Translations under genes and position numbers: made by a program
In this document: positions 46,485 through 56,108 of the stretch, piece after piece
Layout: every line of letters begins with the position of its first letter
Position numbering within the stretch: position 1 is the stretch's first letter
Assembly (NCBI GenBank): GCA_041661385.1
Contig: JBAZUP010000001.1
Coordinates: 354,560-418,559 of the forward strand
Direction of reading: 5' to 3'
DNA: 64,000 nt
Source of the DNA: Patescibacteria group bacterium
GTDB lineage: Bacteria > Patescibacteriota > Patescibacteriia > Magasanikbacterales > GWA2-37-8
The notes under the pieces: model-generated
Seen by the model: only the letters and a program-made list of their open reading frames with translations
What the model was told of the DNA's origin: nothing
The model's database searches: none

Positions 46485-47864
46485 TTATACAAATTGTTTT
46501 TTAAGATACTCCGTTAACTCATCAAGCGCGATTCGTTCCTGCTTCATGGTGTCGCGTTCGCGAACTGTCACTTTCTTGTCGACCAGCGAATCAAAATCAT
46601 AGGTGACGCAAAATGGCGTGCCGATTTCATCTTGCCGACGATAACGTTTTCCAATACTTTGGGTTTCATCATAATCAACCGAGAAATCTTTTCGTAGTTT
46701 ATTGGCAAGTTCGGTTGCAACGGAGCTTAATTCTTCTTTTTTCGAAAGCGGCAATACCGCAACTTGCACTGGGGCAAGATGGCGCGGAAATTTCATGACC
46801 ACGCGGGTTTCAGTCTCCCCTTTTTCTGCGGTTGGAGCAGCTTCTTCGTGGTAAGCCTCGAGCAAGATTACAAGCAGCATGCGCTCGATACCAAAGGTCG
46901 GTTCAATAACGTGCGGTAAAAATTTAGCACCAGTTTCCGGATCGGTATATGTTAGGTCTTGTCCTGAAACTTCCTGATGGCGCTTCAAATCAAAATCCGT
47001 GCGGTAAGCAATGCCATGCAGCTCTTTTACCCCAAATGGATAACGATATTCAATATCAACAGTACGCTTACTATAATGAGCGCGTTCACCGTCGGGAATT
47101 TCGTGCCAAACCAAATTATCCATGTTCACCATCATTATATCTTTCCACCAGCGTTTAATTTCCGAAAGCCACATTTCAAAAGTTTTTTCCCAAGTGTCAG
47201 GGTGGATAAAATATTCAAACTCCCCGATTTCAAATTCGCGGGTGCGGAAAATAAAGTTGCCGGGAGTGATTTCGTTACGGAAATTTTTGCCGATTTGCGC
47301 GATGCCAAATGGCAGGCGGCGGCGAGTGGTCTGCTGAATATTTTTAAAGTTTACAAACATACCACCGGCAGTTTCCGGTCGCAAGTAGGCGGTGGTTGTA
47401 GAATCTTCGGTCGTGCCGATAAAGGTTTTGAACATCAGATTAAAACTTTTTGGTTCGGTAAAAGTACCGCCGCAATCCGGACAATTTATGTCGGCAATAG
47501 TTTTAATTTGTTCTTTGTCATACTGTGGTTCCGCGCTCACTGCTTCTAGCAAATGATCCGAACGAAAACGGTGGTGGCACTTTTTACATTCAACCAAAAG
47601 ATCGCTGAAATTTTGTAAGTGACCGGATGCCTCCCAAACTTTTGGATTCATGATAATTGCGGAATCGAGCGGTACCATGTCTGGCCTTTCCTGCACAAAA
47701 AATTTCCACCAAGCTTTTTTAATATTTTGTTTTAATAAATGGCCGAGCGGACCAAAATCCCAGCTATTGGCGAGACCGCCATAAATTTCACTGCCCGGAA
47801 ATACAAATCCGCGGCGTTTGGCGAGAGACAATACTTTGTCCATGAGTTCATTGTTGTTTGACAT
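46485..47864 (-). CDS. glyQS: Glycine--tRNA ligase (alpha2 dimeric class II GlyRS)
   Basis: 459 aa. N-terminal RRGFVFPGSEIYGGLANSWDFGPLG. Class II motifs and anticodon-binding C-terminus. Confidence 0.9.
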   Translation of the reverse strand: MSNNNELMDKVLSLAKRRGFVFPGSEIYGGLANSWDFGPLGHLLKQNIKKAWWKFFVQERPDMVPLDSAIIMNPKVWEASGHLQNFSDLLVECKKCHHRFRSDHLLEAVSAEPQYDKEQIKTIADINCPDCGGTFTEPKSFNLMFKTFIGTTEDSTTTAYLRPETAGGMFVNFKNIQQTTRRRLPFGIAQIGKNFRNEITPGNFIFRTREFEIGEFEYFIHPDTWEKTFEMWLSEIKRWWKDIMMVNMDNLVWHEIPDGERAHYSKRTVDIEYRYPFGVKELHGIAYRTDFDLKRHQEVSGQDLTYTDPETGAKFLPHVIEPTFGIERMLLVILLEAYHEEAAPTAEKGETETRVVMKFPRHLAPVQVAVLPLSKKEELSSVATELANKLRKDFSVDYDETQSIGKRYRRQDEIGTPFCVTYDFDSLVDKKVTVRERDTMKQERIALDELTEYLKKQFV

Positions 47865-47865
47865 A

Positions 47866-48045
47866 GGATAAAAAAAAGACCTAAATTAAAGGTCTTGGGT
47901 CCCGATTTTAACGGGAGGTTCCACCCAAGTTTCCTCCTGGTTGGAGGACGCTTTTTAAAATTTTCACCAGCTCCGAAGGAGCCAACCTTCATCCGCACTG
48001 GTAAAGACAATCATACGCTTTGAAAGGTTTTCTGTCAAACAAAAA
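47866..48045 (-). ncRNA. Putative glycine-specific T-box riboswitch leader of glyQS
   Basis: In minus orientation: stem III CCTCCaaccaGGAGG, then the T-box-like core AAACTTGGGTGGAACCTCCCG (UGGA bulge complementary to the UCCA end of tRNA-Gly). The antiterminator arm CTTGGGT…ACCCAAG overlaps (shared AAG) the terminator AAGACCtttaatttAGGTCTT+T8, immediately before the ATG. Stem I and the specifier codon are not confidently located. Confidence 0.5.
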
Positions 48046-48050
48046 ATGCT

Positions 48051-48092
48051 CTAAAAAAGAAAGGCGCCTGGGGATGAATTCACCCAGGCGCC
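48051..48092 (-). terminator. Strong intrinsic terminator (ggcgcctggg…cccaggcgcc + T-run) after the GC-rich island genes
   Basis: Perfect 10-bp GC stem followed by tttctttttt in minus orientation, just downstream of the stop at 48132. Confidence 0.55.
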
Positions 48093-48131
48093 GGTATAAC
48101 AAATGAACTACAATTTTTGAGGTTGCTAGCA

Positions 48132-48602
48132 CTACGCCGCGTAAGCGCTGCGCCTCGTCTGGAGCGGATTTTCGGGTTTGGGCACCGACTTTGGAACCGG
48201 CTTGTAAACTGGTTCCGTCTTCTTCGGTCCATGACCCCGTTCGACGCAGGTATCTACAGCCTCATCGAAGAAATCTCTCATGCTACTCATATCTGAATCC
48301 TGAAACTCCGAATAATCCTTGTACGGAATTTTGTCCATTATGAACAGGATCTGACAGACGCAAAATTCTTCCGTCTGATCTCTGTCATATCCGACTCTTT
48401 CGCCGGCATCCCTACAAGACAGAAGAAAACTTCTGACAGTAGCGATTGGATATTCATTCCGATACTTGGGTAGATCGGAAACCACTATGCCTCTCGCCAT
48501 TTCCTTCGAGCCTTGTTCCGGCTCACAGGAATTTTTGACAGAGTCATCTGCGAACACCAGTGTTGCAATGATTAAGAGCACCATTGCGACAAGAGTTTTC
48601 AT
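48132..48602 (-). CDS. Hypothetical secreted protein (GC-rich island)
   Basis: 156 aa. Signal peptide MKTLVAMVLLIIATLVFA. Cys-containing mature part and Pro/Lys-rich C-terminus. Codon usage far more GC-rich than its neighbours. Confidence 0.45.
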   Translation of the reverse strand: MKTLVAMVLLIIATLVFADDSVKNSCEPEQGSKEMARGIVVSDLPKYRNEYPIATVRSFLLSCRDAGERVGYDRDQTEEFCVCQILFIMDKIPYKDYSEFQDSDMSSMRDFFDEAVDTCVERGHGPKKTEPVYKPVPKSVPKPENPLQTRRSAYAA

Positions 48603-48634
48603 AACTCCTCCGGTAGAACGGGCAGTTGAACAGG

Positions 48635-49129
48635 CTACTTCTTGGTTTGTTCTCGAACCAGTTGGTTGTAAGAACGTTCGTAGCCCTGCAGGCTGTTTTC
48701 CGTTTCGTTCACCTCGCGCGGCGACATCTTACAGCTCGTGAGGTCCTCGCGCAGATAGCGAACGAAATATCCAACTTCCGCGTTGGTCTTCATCTCGCGC
48801 TTGATGCTCTTCCACTGCCCCTTCAAGAGGCCGCAGAATGAATCATTGCCCCGGAAGTGCCTTTCGTAGCTCTTCAGGCTCTTCTCCGTCTCGCCCACGG
48901 CGGCAGGCGACAATTCGCACCGCTCGAGATCGTTCCGGAGGAACAGAACGTAGAATCCGATCTTTTCCGGATCCTTGATGTTCTTGATGCTTCTCCACTG
49001 GGTGATGACCTCCTCGCACCTCGGTGCGTGAAGGTTCTGGTAGCTGGTCCGGGGGTCGATGACGACCTTGTTGCCGGCGACAGTCGGCGATGCAAGCAAG
49101 AGGGCCGCGATCACGAAAAGCATGTTCAT
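48635..49129 (-). CDS. Hypothetical secreted protein with internal duplication (GC-rich island)
   Basis: 164 aa with signal peptide. Two ~60-aa repeats (C..V…W+SIK…YF+RYLREDL.SCKMSP.EV.ETE.SL..YER). Confidence 0.45.
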   Translation of the reverse strand: MNMLFVIAALLLASPTVAGNKVVIDPRTSYQNLHAPRCEEVITQWRSIKNIKDPEKIGFYVLFLRNDLERCELSPAAVGETEKSLKSYERHFRGNDSFCGLLKGQWKSIKREMKTNAEVGYFVRYLREDLTSCKMSPREVNETENSLQGYERSYNQLVREQTKK

Positions 49130-49172
49130 ATCGATTCTCCTGTACCGTTTTAACGGTACTGTGGGTCAAGCG

Positions 49173-49667
49173 TTAACCGCGATAGATGAGTCTTGCTGCG
49201 TGGCTCGGCCGGATTGCGAGAAAACACAGTTCGCCCGAATAGCCGAGTGGCCAAGAAGTGGCTCTCGCCAGATTTTCTTTCACCAGCAGTTCGTGTTCGT
49301 GCGCGCAATTGTAATCTACATTCAGAGGAATAATTCTTTCGTGTTTATTGATCAGGCAAAAGCTAAAACCATTGTTCGCCCGAACATAAACGCGATTTGC
49401 GAGAAACTCCCACGGATGCACCCTCTTAAAATACAAAAGCTCGGGTGACTTCGCGAGAACCAAACCTGCATCTCGAAGGCGTCCCATTACGGAATCGACT
49501 TGTGGCAGCGATGAATATTTCGGATCATATTCACCGTGTTTGTTAATTTCCTCGGAAAGAAATTGACGAACGGTAACGAGAACGAAACCGTCGTTAAATT
49601 CTCTGAAAATTCGGACCGGCCTCATTTTTTGTAGTCCTTTGTAAATGAACGGGTTAAAGACGAGCAC
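49173..49667 (-). CDS. Hypothetical protein (GC-rich island)
   Basis: 164 aa ORF with consistent high-GC codon usage. No recognisable motif. Confidence 0.4.
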   Translation of the reverse strand: MLVFNPFIYKGLQKMRPVRIFREFNDGFVLVTVRQFLSEEINKHGEYDPKYSSLPQVDSVMGRLRDAGLVLAKSPELLYFKRVHPWEFLANRVYVRANNGFSFCLINKHERIIPLNVDYNCAHEHELLVKENLARATSWPLGYSGELCFLAIRPSHAARLIYRG

Positions 49668-49807
49668 GCTCGTCTGTAGTTGATACCGGCCTAAAAAGGC
49701 CGAATTTAAGCACTTTTTTTACTATGCGTAAATCCGGCTTCATTAGACACGATAACAGCCAATTATACACCTTTTTTCGGGTTTTGTCAACCCTACTCGC
49801 AAACAAT

Positions 49808-49830
49808 AAACCCGGCCTTTGGCCGGGTTT
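49808..49830 (-). terminator. Intrinsic terminator after the 1915-aa gene (aaacccggcctttggccgggttt)
   Basis: 9-bp stem followed by T-rich tract in minus orientation, directly after the stop at 49840. Confidence 0.45.
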
Positions 49831-49839
49831 AAAAATATT

Positions 49840-52800
49840 TTATGACGATTTTTTTCTTAAGCGTATCCGCTTCCTCAAAAAGAAATACAATTCATTACAT
49901 GCAAAAATAACCAATATCACGAGTGCAGAAATTAATTTCCAATCAAACAACCCTACCCACCAATGCGCGCTAACTAATTCAATATTTTTATGAATACTAT
50001 CTCCTTCGCTAACTTTAAATGGCGCACCGGTATATAATTTATAATTTTTTGTTTCAACTTTTACATAATATGTTCCTTCGGGCACCAAAAATGAATACCG
50101 GCCGGTTTTGTCAGTTACCTGCGGATTTTGTTGTTTAAACTGGTCCGCTGGCCAAACCTCATATTTACGGCTCGCCGGGTTCAAATAATACATTGTTATC
50201 TTTGCGTCCTTAACTCGAATTTCATCACCTTGATATCTTCGATAGATATACCCTTCTGGGTCAACTACAGTAACGAGACGCAATTCCTTTTCGCCATCCT
50301 TTTTATTTTTATATTGGATATTAGTAACGATTTCATATTCACCCTGAGTCGGCGGCATTAAGAACGAGGCGGTATAAATGCCGGTTTTATCGAGATCCAA
50401 AAATTCGAACTCACGCACCACATATTCAACCGTCTCCGCGGAAGCCGCGGAAAATGAAAATAATTTTTTGATAAATGATTCGCGGGTTGGTTTTAGATTC
50501 CGTAAAATCAATCGGCCGGTTATTTTAGAAACTTCTTTATCCGGCTTAATAACCAATTTTACATTTTGATTAACAACCGTATTTAAAGTTTGCGTAACTT
50601 TATTATTTTCCGTCGAAACAGAAAGATTAATATCTAAATCAATTTTATTATCACCCGATCGCGCAAAAATCACATCCGTTGGAATCACACTTTTTTCCGC
50701 CACGCTCAAATTTTCAATTGGTTTTGGCACGGCTGGAATGGCAACCGCTACTGCCGGAGCTTCAATATTTGGTTTTGGCGCTTCCGGAATGACAACTTCT
50801 GTTTTAGGTGTTTCAAGATTTGGTTTTGGAACTGCTGGAAGTGCTACTTCAGTTTTCGGTTTATCGAGATTTGATTTTGGTACGGTTGGAACTGCAACTT
50901 TAATTTTATCAACATTTTTATTTTGAATTGGGTAAACAGCAACCGGTGTTAAGATTTTATTTAAGCCCGGTAAAGTTATACTAATACCCTGCCACTTTTT
51001 AAGATCCGACCAGGTATTAATACTAAATTTATGGATACTCTGATAAAGAATCGGGAACTTGTGTAACAAGTTTACAACATCACCCGCAAAAGTAAGATCC
51101 AAAGATTCTTTGGGCGGCGTATCCGTAATCTTAATGAGCTCTAAATTTGTAAATATTTGTGATAATTTTATTTGATCGACTTTAACCGGCGGCATCGAGA
51201 TGTCCTTAAAGATTTTTTCAACAAGCGGAATATAAACCGCGGGACTGCTGGTAACCACCGGTTCAACCACCGGCTGAGATATCGGCAAAATCGGAGGGAT
51301 AATACTTATTATTTTATCAGTAATATTTTTTATTATTGAAATGTTACTTTCCGGCACAACAACAACTGGCTTAATTTTTTTATAAACTATTGAACTTGAT
51401 AATACCTCACTCGAAACACCATACTCGGTGTACATTCTTACATAAACTTTATGCTCACCTTCCAAACAATCTGTGAGGCCAAAACAAAGATTCCAATATT
51501 TACTCCCTGCAAATTGCTCCTGCCCAACTCCCGAAAAACTTGGCTCATTGGCGATTGCCATTTTTTTAGAATTTCCTCCGATTAAAGTCAGGTCAACATC
51601 TGGAACATTTGTTTCTTTAAGACCGCCATTAATTAACACGCTTAAAGGCATTATTTGCCCATCAACCCCAGCAACTGGAGCTGGCGGTGTATACACAGCT
51701 CCGGAAAAACCTCCGCCCGATGAAACCGGCGTAGCGGCAGGTGTCGCGGCTTCCGGAGTAGAAGTTGCAGCAGGTGTTAATGTAATCGTGGCAACAGAAA
51801 GCGAAGAATAGGAAGAATAAGTACCAGAAATATTTAGGTACTCAGCTCTAACCCTAAATTGATAAGAAGTTCCCTCGGTCAAACCATTTACATTAACCAG
51901 TGTAGCAGTCGTGGTTGCGGAAAGTCCCGATGAGTATAATAAATAATAAACAGTAGTCGCAGGGTTGTCGTTTGCCGCCCAAGATAAAGAAAGACTTGTT
52001 GATGTAACGGAAGAGACAACCGGCGTACCGGGAATAGCCGGCGCAGTATAATCACTGACATTCACAATATTATTCATTGATCCATCATTATTTACCGAAC
52101 GAACTCCAAAAGTATAATCGGTATTTGGAATCAAACCAGTCAATGTCGGTGTATTCGATGTAGTCGTTAGAGAACTAAAACTATTATTACCATCAATATA
52201 ATATACCGTTCCGGCCGGATTGCTGTTCGTGCTGAATGAAAGTGCGATTGAAGTGCTAGACGATGCGCTGGTGCTAAGCGCTACGATGTCGTTTGCTTTG
52301 GTGTAAACACTTTGCGAAGTGGTGACAAAAGATGAATCACCATAAACATTGATAGCGGCAACTCGGAACCAATAAGCGGTATTAGGAGTTAGGGATGAAG
52401 CAGTGACGGAAGAAACGCCAGCGGCTGTGGTTGAGACACTGGTAAATGAAGTGCCGTTGGTAGATTTTTCTACAACGAATCCGGTTTCATTATTTGAATT
52501 ATCACTCCAACCAACAACAACCGATGTTGCCGCAATGCTTGAGGTAGTTATATTCGTGGGAGCAATTGGCGAGCCAAGCGTGGTCGTGGCGGTTGAAGAA
52601 ACCGAATATGCTGAATATCTTCCGGCAATACCGGCATATTCTGCCCGGACTTGAAATCGATATGATGTATTACTTGCTAAACCGGTTATAATTTTGGTTG
52701 TATCCGCACTGACGGTTGTTGAACTGCCGTCCGAAATTAAAATATAATAAACAGTAGAAGCGGAATTTGAATTTGCATTCCAAACCAATTGTAAAGATGA

Positions 52801-55587
52801 AGTTGAAACCGACGAAACGACTAAGGTGTTTGGAACCGCGGGAACTGTATAATCGGAAACCGTGACTGCATTATTTTGTGAGCCATCGTTGTTAACCGAT
52901 TTAACTGTAAAAGTATATCCCGTGTTTGGAGTTAATCCTAACAGCGTCGGGTTAATAGTAGTAGTGGTGATTGGCGAAAAACCATTCGTGCCGGTTATGT
53001 AATATGATGTGCCGGCCGGATTGCTGTTCGCGCTGTATGACAAAGAAATTGAATTGGTCGTTGAAGCTGTGGTAATAAGATTTGTTGGATCAGCTGCTTT
53101 GGTGAAAGTGCTTTGTGAAGTTGTAACAAAGGATGAAACTCCGACTGTTCCGGTCGCCGCGACCCTAAACCAATAAGCAGTATTTGGAGTTAAGGATGAA
53201 GCAGTGACGGAAGTAACGCCGGCGGCTGTGGTTGAAACATTTGTAAACGATGTACCGTTGGTAGATTTATCAACAACGAAACCGATTTCATCATTCGAAT
53301 TATCGGTCCAATTTAAAGTCATGCTAGTATCAGAAATATTGGTAGTGGTTGGACTACTCGGAGCATTTGGAGAGCCAGCGCCAAAACCAAGTGTGACGTC
53401 GCTGAGAACCGGCGTTTCAGTGCCGTCACCTTCAAACCAGACTTTATATTGCGCCCACTGATCATTTATTCCATCGCCAATCGTGCTAGTGGTTGCGATA
53501 TTGCAAGTAACCAAACTTGATACTTTTGAACAGCCGGCCGCAGTATCATCAAAATAGGTTGTGGATACTCCCCCCGGACCGATCCAATCGGTATAAACTC
53601 CGGGACTGCCGGAAGAGCTCGGGGCAGTTCGAATTTGAAATTTCAAATTTGTGCCAGCAGGAACTGTTTCAGTCCAGAAAATACTCTCAACACTCGCAGA
53701 AACATTATTATTATCAAATGGTACCGAGGTGAGGGTCGCGGAAGTGTTGTATTTATAATATCCAAAAGTGACACTATTCAGCGAAGGGGTGACGGTATTA
53801 TTAGAAGTTGAAAGTGAAGCCTCAAATTGGACATAGCGATGATGAGGAGAAACACAACCGCCAGCGGTAATTGAACCGCCGTTCGCAATATTTGTACAAC
53901 TAGCAAAAGCCGTGGCGCCGGTCATGGCGGCATTGTCGGCCGAGCGAACCTTCATGGTGATTGTTTGCCCACCCGTTTCCGCCCAGGTTAAATTCTGCCA
54001 ATTATCTACGCCAGTGGTGAGGTCAATAGAGCCGGAAGTGTAAGTGCCAGATGCGTAATAAGTCGTTACTAAGGCTGCGGTAGTGGCTGCAGGTAGCGTG
54101 GTACCACTTATCGAGTTTGATTGTAAATAAATCCTACCGGCTCCACCAACACCTCCAGCATCCAAATAACAATCTGGGTCATCTAATATAGGATACCCTG
54201 TGCCACCAGAGGCAACCACCAAACTTGAACCAAGATTTAAATTATCTCCACCGATATATATTGAACCACCCGAACCAGCACCATTGTAATTAACAGTATT
54301 TTGACCTTTAGAAAAAATATTTCCACTTACATTAATTGTATTTACGGTTGTTATAAAGATTCCCGCGCCACTTGAATAACCAAAATTATTACCGCCGCCG
54401 GCGCTCCCTAAAAATATTTTTTGACTTAAATCACTCGTTCCATAAACTACACCACCAGGTGCCCGTACAATTCCGTTTGTATCTTGACCACCTGTTCCAT
54501 AACCACCGCCAGATGAAGACCGCCAGTTACATAAACCATCAAAGTAAGCTCCAGCACCACCGCCAAGGTTATTTTGAGCCGCATTTGCTGCACCTAAACC
54601 ATTATAGGATTCGCCTTGATAACCTCCCGCAGGAGCACGATAACCAAGATTCGATACATTTATCGAACCACCAGTATTAATTGTCACTGTGCCATTTGCA
54701 AAAAAAACAAGCACACCGCCCTTTGCTCCGTCCCAGGCACTCGCTGTTATAGATCCGCCACTATTAATTGTAACATTGGTATATTGCGGCACTCTTTGAA
54801 TAATGACTCGCTGATTGGTAGTCGCCGTGCCAATATTCAAATCGTTGGTGCTGGTTGCCGTGCCGTAGTATTTTGTTTTTCCAGGACTTGCAAGCGTGAC
54901 CGTAGTGGCATTATTGGCCGGAGTTGCGCCAATTGTTACAAATTCATAATTACCAACATTTCCTTTATTTCCTAATACACCCTGAAGATTAATAAGCAAT
55001 ATTTTATCTCCGACTGCCAAACAACCAGAAGGAACCCCTGCCGATAAATTAATCGTCGTAGCATCTGAAAAAGATGTAACATTATATGCAATGCCGTCCG
55101 CACAAGTACGACCGCCGTTACGATTAGTCTGAGTGTTAATATTAAAAGCCGTTGAAGTTGTTACTGCCCCGTCCGACCCATTACCACCAGATGCACCCGA
55201 TGACAAGGCTAATTGAATCGCGGCGCTGTCTCCAGAACCAGAAACATTGGTCTGCGAAAAACTGGCGGCTGGACCACCTGACGCAGTGCCGTTAAAATCT
55301 GTATCACTGGTTGAAGTTGTATAAAAAGTTGAAGTGGTAAGTTGTAAATCTAATCCGCTATTTACAACTTGTAAATTGGCATCTTTAGAATTATATATCG
55401 TGTAGCCACTATCGTTCGTCGGGTGTACCGCTGTCGCGGCAACATTTGCCCCGCCCGCCCAACTGGTTTGGAAAAAATTTACCAATGCGGCGGCTGAACT
55501 GGTTTGGAAAAATAAAAAAAACCCTACAAATAACTGTGTAATTATATAAAAGAAAATGCTCTTTTTCTGACCTGTTTTGTTGGGCAT
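49840..55587 (-). CDS. Giant (1915 aa) cell-surface protein with signal peptide, Gly-rich region, Fn3-like repeats, Pro-rich repeats, CarboxypepD_reg/Cna-B-like domain and C-terminal TM anchor
   Basis: N-terminal signal (IFFYIITQLFVGFFLFFQTSSAAA). Repeated Fn3-like units (SPNAPSSPTTTNISDTSMTLNWTDNSNDEIGFVVDKSTNGTSF… twice). PAVPKPNLETPKTEV repeats. GRYSFLVPEGTYYVKVETKNYKLY (transthyretin-like fold). C-terminal WWVGLFDWKLISALVILVIFA + basic tail. Confidence 0.7.
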   Translation of the reverse strand: MPNKTGQKKSIFFYIITQLFVGFFLFFQTSSAAALVNFFQTSWAGGANVAATAVHPTNDSGYTIYNSKDANLQVVNSGLDLQLTTSTFYTTSTSDTDFNGTASGGPAASFSQTNVSGSGDSAAIQLALSSGASGGNGSDGAVTTSTAFNINTQTNRNGGRTCADGIAYNVTSFSDATTINLSAGVPSGCLAVGDKILLINLQGVLGNKGNVGNYEFVTIGATPANNATTVTLASPGKTKYYGTATSTNDLNIGTATTNQRVIIQRVPQYTNVTINSGGSITASAWDGAKGGVLVFFANGTVTINTGGSINVSNLGYRAPAGGYQGESYNGLGAANAAQNNLGGGAGAYFDGLCNWRSSSGGGYGTGGQDTNGIVRAPGGVVYGTSDLSQKIFLGSAGGGNNFGYSSGAGIFITTVNTINVSGNIFSKGQNTVNYNGAGSGGSIYIGGDNLNLGSSLVVASGGTGYPILDDPDCYLDAGGVGGAGRIYLQSNSISGTTLPAATTAALVTTYYASGTYTSGSIDLTTGVDNWQNLTWAETGGQTITMKVRSADNAAMTGATAFASCTNIANGGSITAGGCVSPHHRYVQFEASLSTSNNTVTPSLNSVTFGYYKYNTSATLTSVPFDNNNVSASVESIFWTETVPAGTNLKFQIRTAPSSSGSPGVYTDWIGPGGVSTTYFDDTAAGCSKVSSLVTCNIATTSTIGDGINDQWAQYKVWFEGDGTETPVLSDVTLGFGAGSPNAPSSPTTTNISDTSMTLNWTDNSNDEIGFVVDKSTNGTSFTNVSTTAAGVTSVTASSLTPNTAYWFRVAATGTVGVSSFVTTSQSTFTKAADPTNLITTASTTNSISLSYSANSNPAGTSYYITGTNGFSPITTTTINPTLLGLTPNTGYTFTVKSVNNDGSQNNAVTVSDYTVPAVPNTLVVSSVSTSSLQLVWNANSNSASTVYYILISDGSSTTVSADTTKIITGLASNTSYRFQVRAEYAGIAGRYSAYSVSSTATTTLGSPIAPTNITTSSIAATSVVVGWSDNSNNETGFVVEKSTNGTSFTSVSTTAAGVSSVTASSLTPNTAYWFRVAAINVYGDSSFVTTSQSVYTKANDIVALSTSASSSTSIALSFSTNSNPAGTVYYIDGNNSFSSLTTTSNTPTLTGLIPNTDYTFGVRSVNNDGSMNNIVNVSDYTAPAIPGTPVVSSVTSTSLSLSWAANDNPATTVYYLLYSSGLSATTTATLVNVNGLTEGTSYQFRVRAEYLNISGTYSSYSSLSVATITLTPAATSTPEAATPAATPVSSGGGFSGAVYTPPAPVAGVDGQIMPLSVLINGGLKETNVPDVDLTLIGGNSKKMAIANEPSFSGVGQEQFAGSKYWNLCFGLTDCLEGEHKVYVRMYTEYGVSSEVLSSSIVYKKIKPVVVVPESNISIIKNITDKIISIIPPILPISQPVVEPVVTSSPAVYIPLVEKIFKDISMPPVKVDQIKLSQIFTNLELIKITDTPPKESLDLTFAGDVVNLLHKFPILYQSIHKFSINTWSDLKKWQGISITLPGLNKILTPVAVYPIQNKNVDKIKVAVPTVPKSNLDKPKTEVALPAVPKPNLETPKTEVVIPEAPKPNIEAPAVAVAIPAVPKPIENLSVAEKSVIPTDVIFARSGDNKIDLDINLSVSTENNKVTQTLNTVVNQNVKLVIKPDKEVSKITGRLILRNLKPTRESFIKKLFSFSAASAETVEYVVREFEFLDLDKTGIYTASFLMPPTQGEYEIVTNIQYKNKKDGEKELRLVTVVDPEGYIYRRYQGDEIRVKDAKITMYYLNPASRKYEVWPADQFKQQNPQVTDKTGRYSFLVPEGTYYVKVETKNYKLYTGAPFKVSEGDSIHKNIELVSAHWWVGLFDWKLISALVILVIFACNELYFFLRKRIRLRKKSS

Positions 55588-55651
55588 TTTTTTGATTAAT
55601 TTATTTTGTTATTATACCATTTTTACGCAATCTTGAGAAGCACAAAAACAA

Positions 55652-55679
55652 AATCCCGTCAGTATAAACCGACGGGATT
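55652..55679 (-). terminator. Intrinsic terminator (aatcccgtcagtataaaccgacgggatt)
   Basis: 8-bp stem followed by T-rich tract in minus orientation, downstream of the stop at 55694. Confidence 0.45.
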
Positions 55680-55693
55680 AAAATTTGATTTTT

Positions 55694-56071
55694 TTAGATA
55701 TTTATCTTCTTGAAGTACTCCCCAATCACTGGTGTTGGCTCTTGTTTGCCGTTTAAGGCGCCAATCAGACTAATAACCCAGAGCACAAACACAGCAAGCT
55801 GCAAAATATTGCCGATAAACCAGACAAATGAAGCAACGACACCGGCCATAATCGCGACGATAAGCAAACCCAGGCTTTGTTTCATGTGAAAGTGAAAAAA
55901 TTCGTCTTTTTTGATTTTTTCTACAACCAATGGCAAAAAGAACAAAAAATATGTTCCTACCACCAAAAGCGAATCGGGCTTTTGAGCTCCAGTAACCGGT
56001 TGTGGCGCTGGGGCTGGGGTTTGAGCTGGCGTTTGGTTTTGATTCTCATTTTCCATACATAAATTATTCAT
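55694..56071 (-). CDS. Small membrane protein (DUF4870/TM2-like)
   Basis: 125 aa. Pro/Gln-rich N-terminus, then two TM helices with FFHFHMKQSLGLLIV between them. Confidence 0.4.
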   Translation of the reverse strand: MNNLCMENENQNQTPAQTPAPAPQPVTGAQKPDSLLVVGTYFLFFLPLVVEKIKKDEFFHFHMKQSLGLLIVAIMAGVVASFVWFIGNILQLAVFVLWVISLIGALNGKQEPTPVIGEYFKKINI

Positions 56072-56108
56072 GAATAAAGTATGATTATTCTAGCACAAAA
56101 GGCAAAAT

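Noticed and set aside
46977-47549. 190-aa + ORF and neighbours (46613..46798, 46949..47158, 47122..47337)
   Set aside because: Antisense to glyQS.
48843-49169. Overlapping ORFs 48843..49169(-), 48857..49153(+), 48874..49095(-), 48626..48841(+), 49059..49448(+)
   Set aside because: Arg/Pro/Gly-rich translations produced by high local GC. They overlap the better-supported secreted-protein ORFs in the same island.
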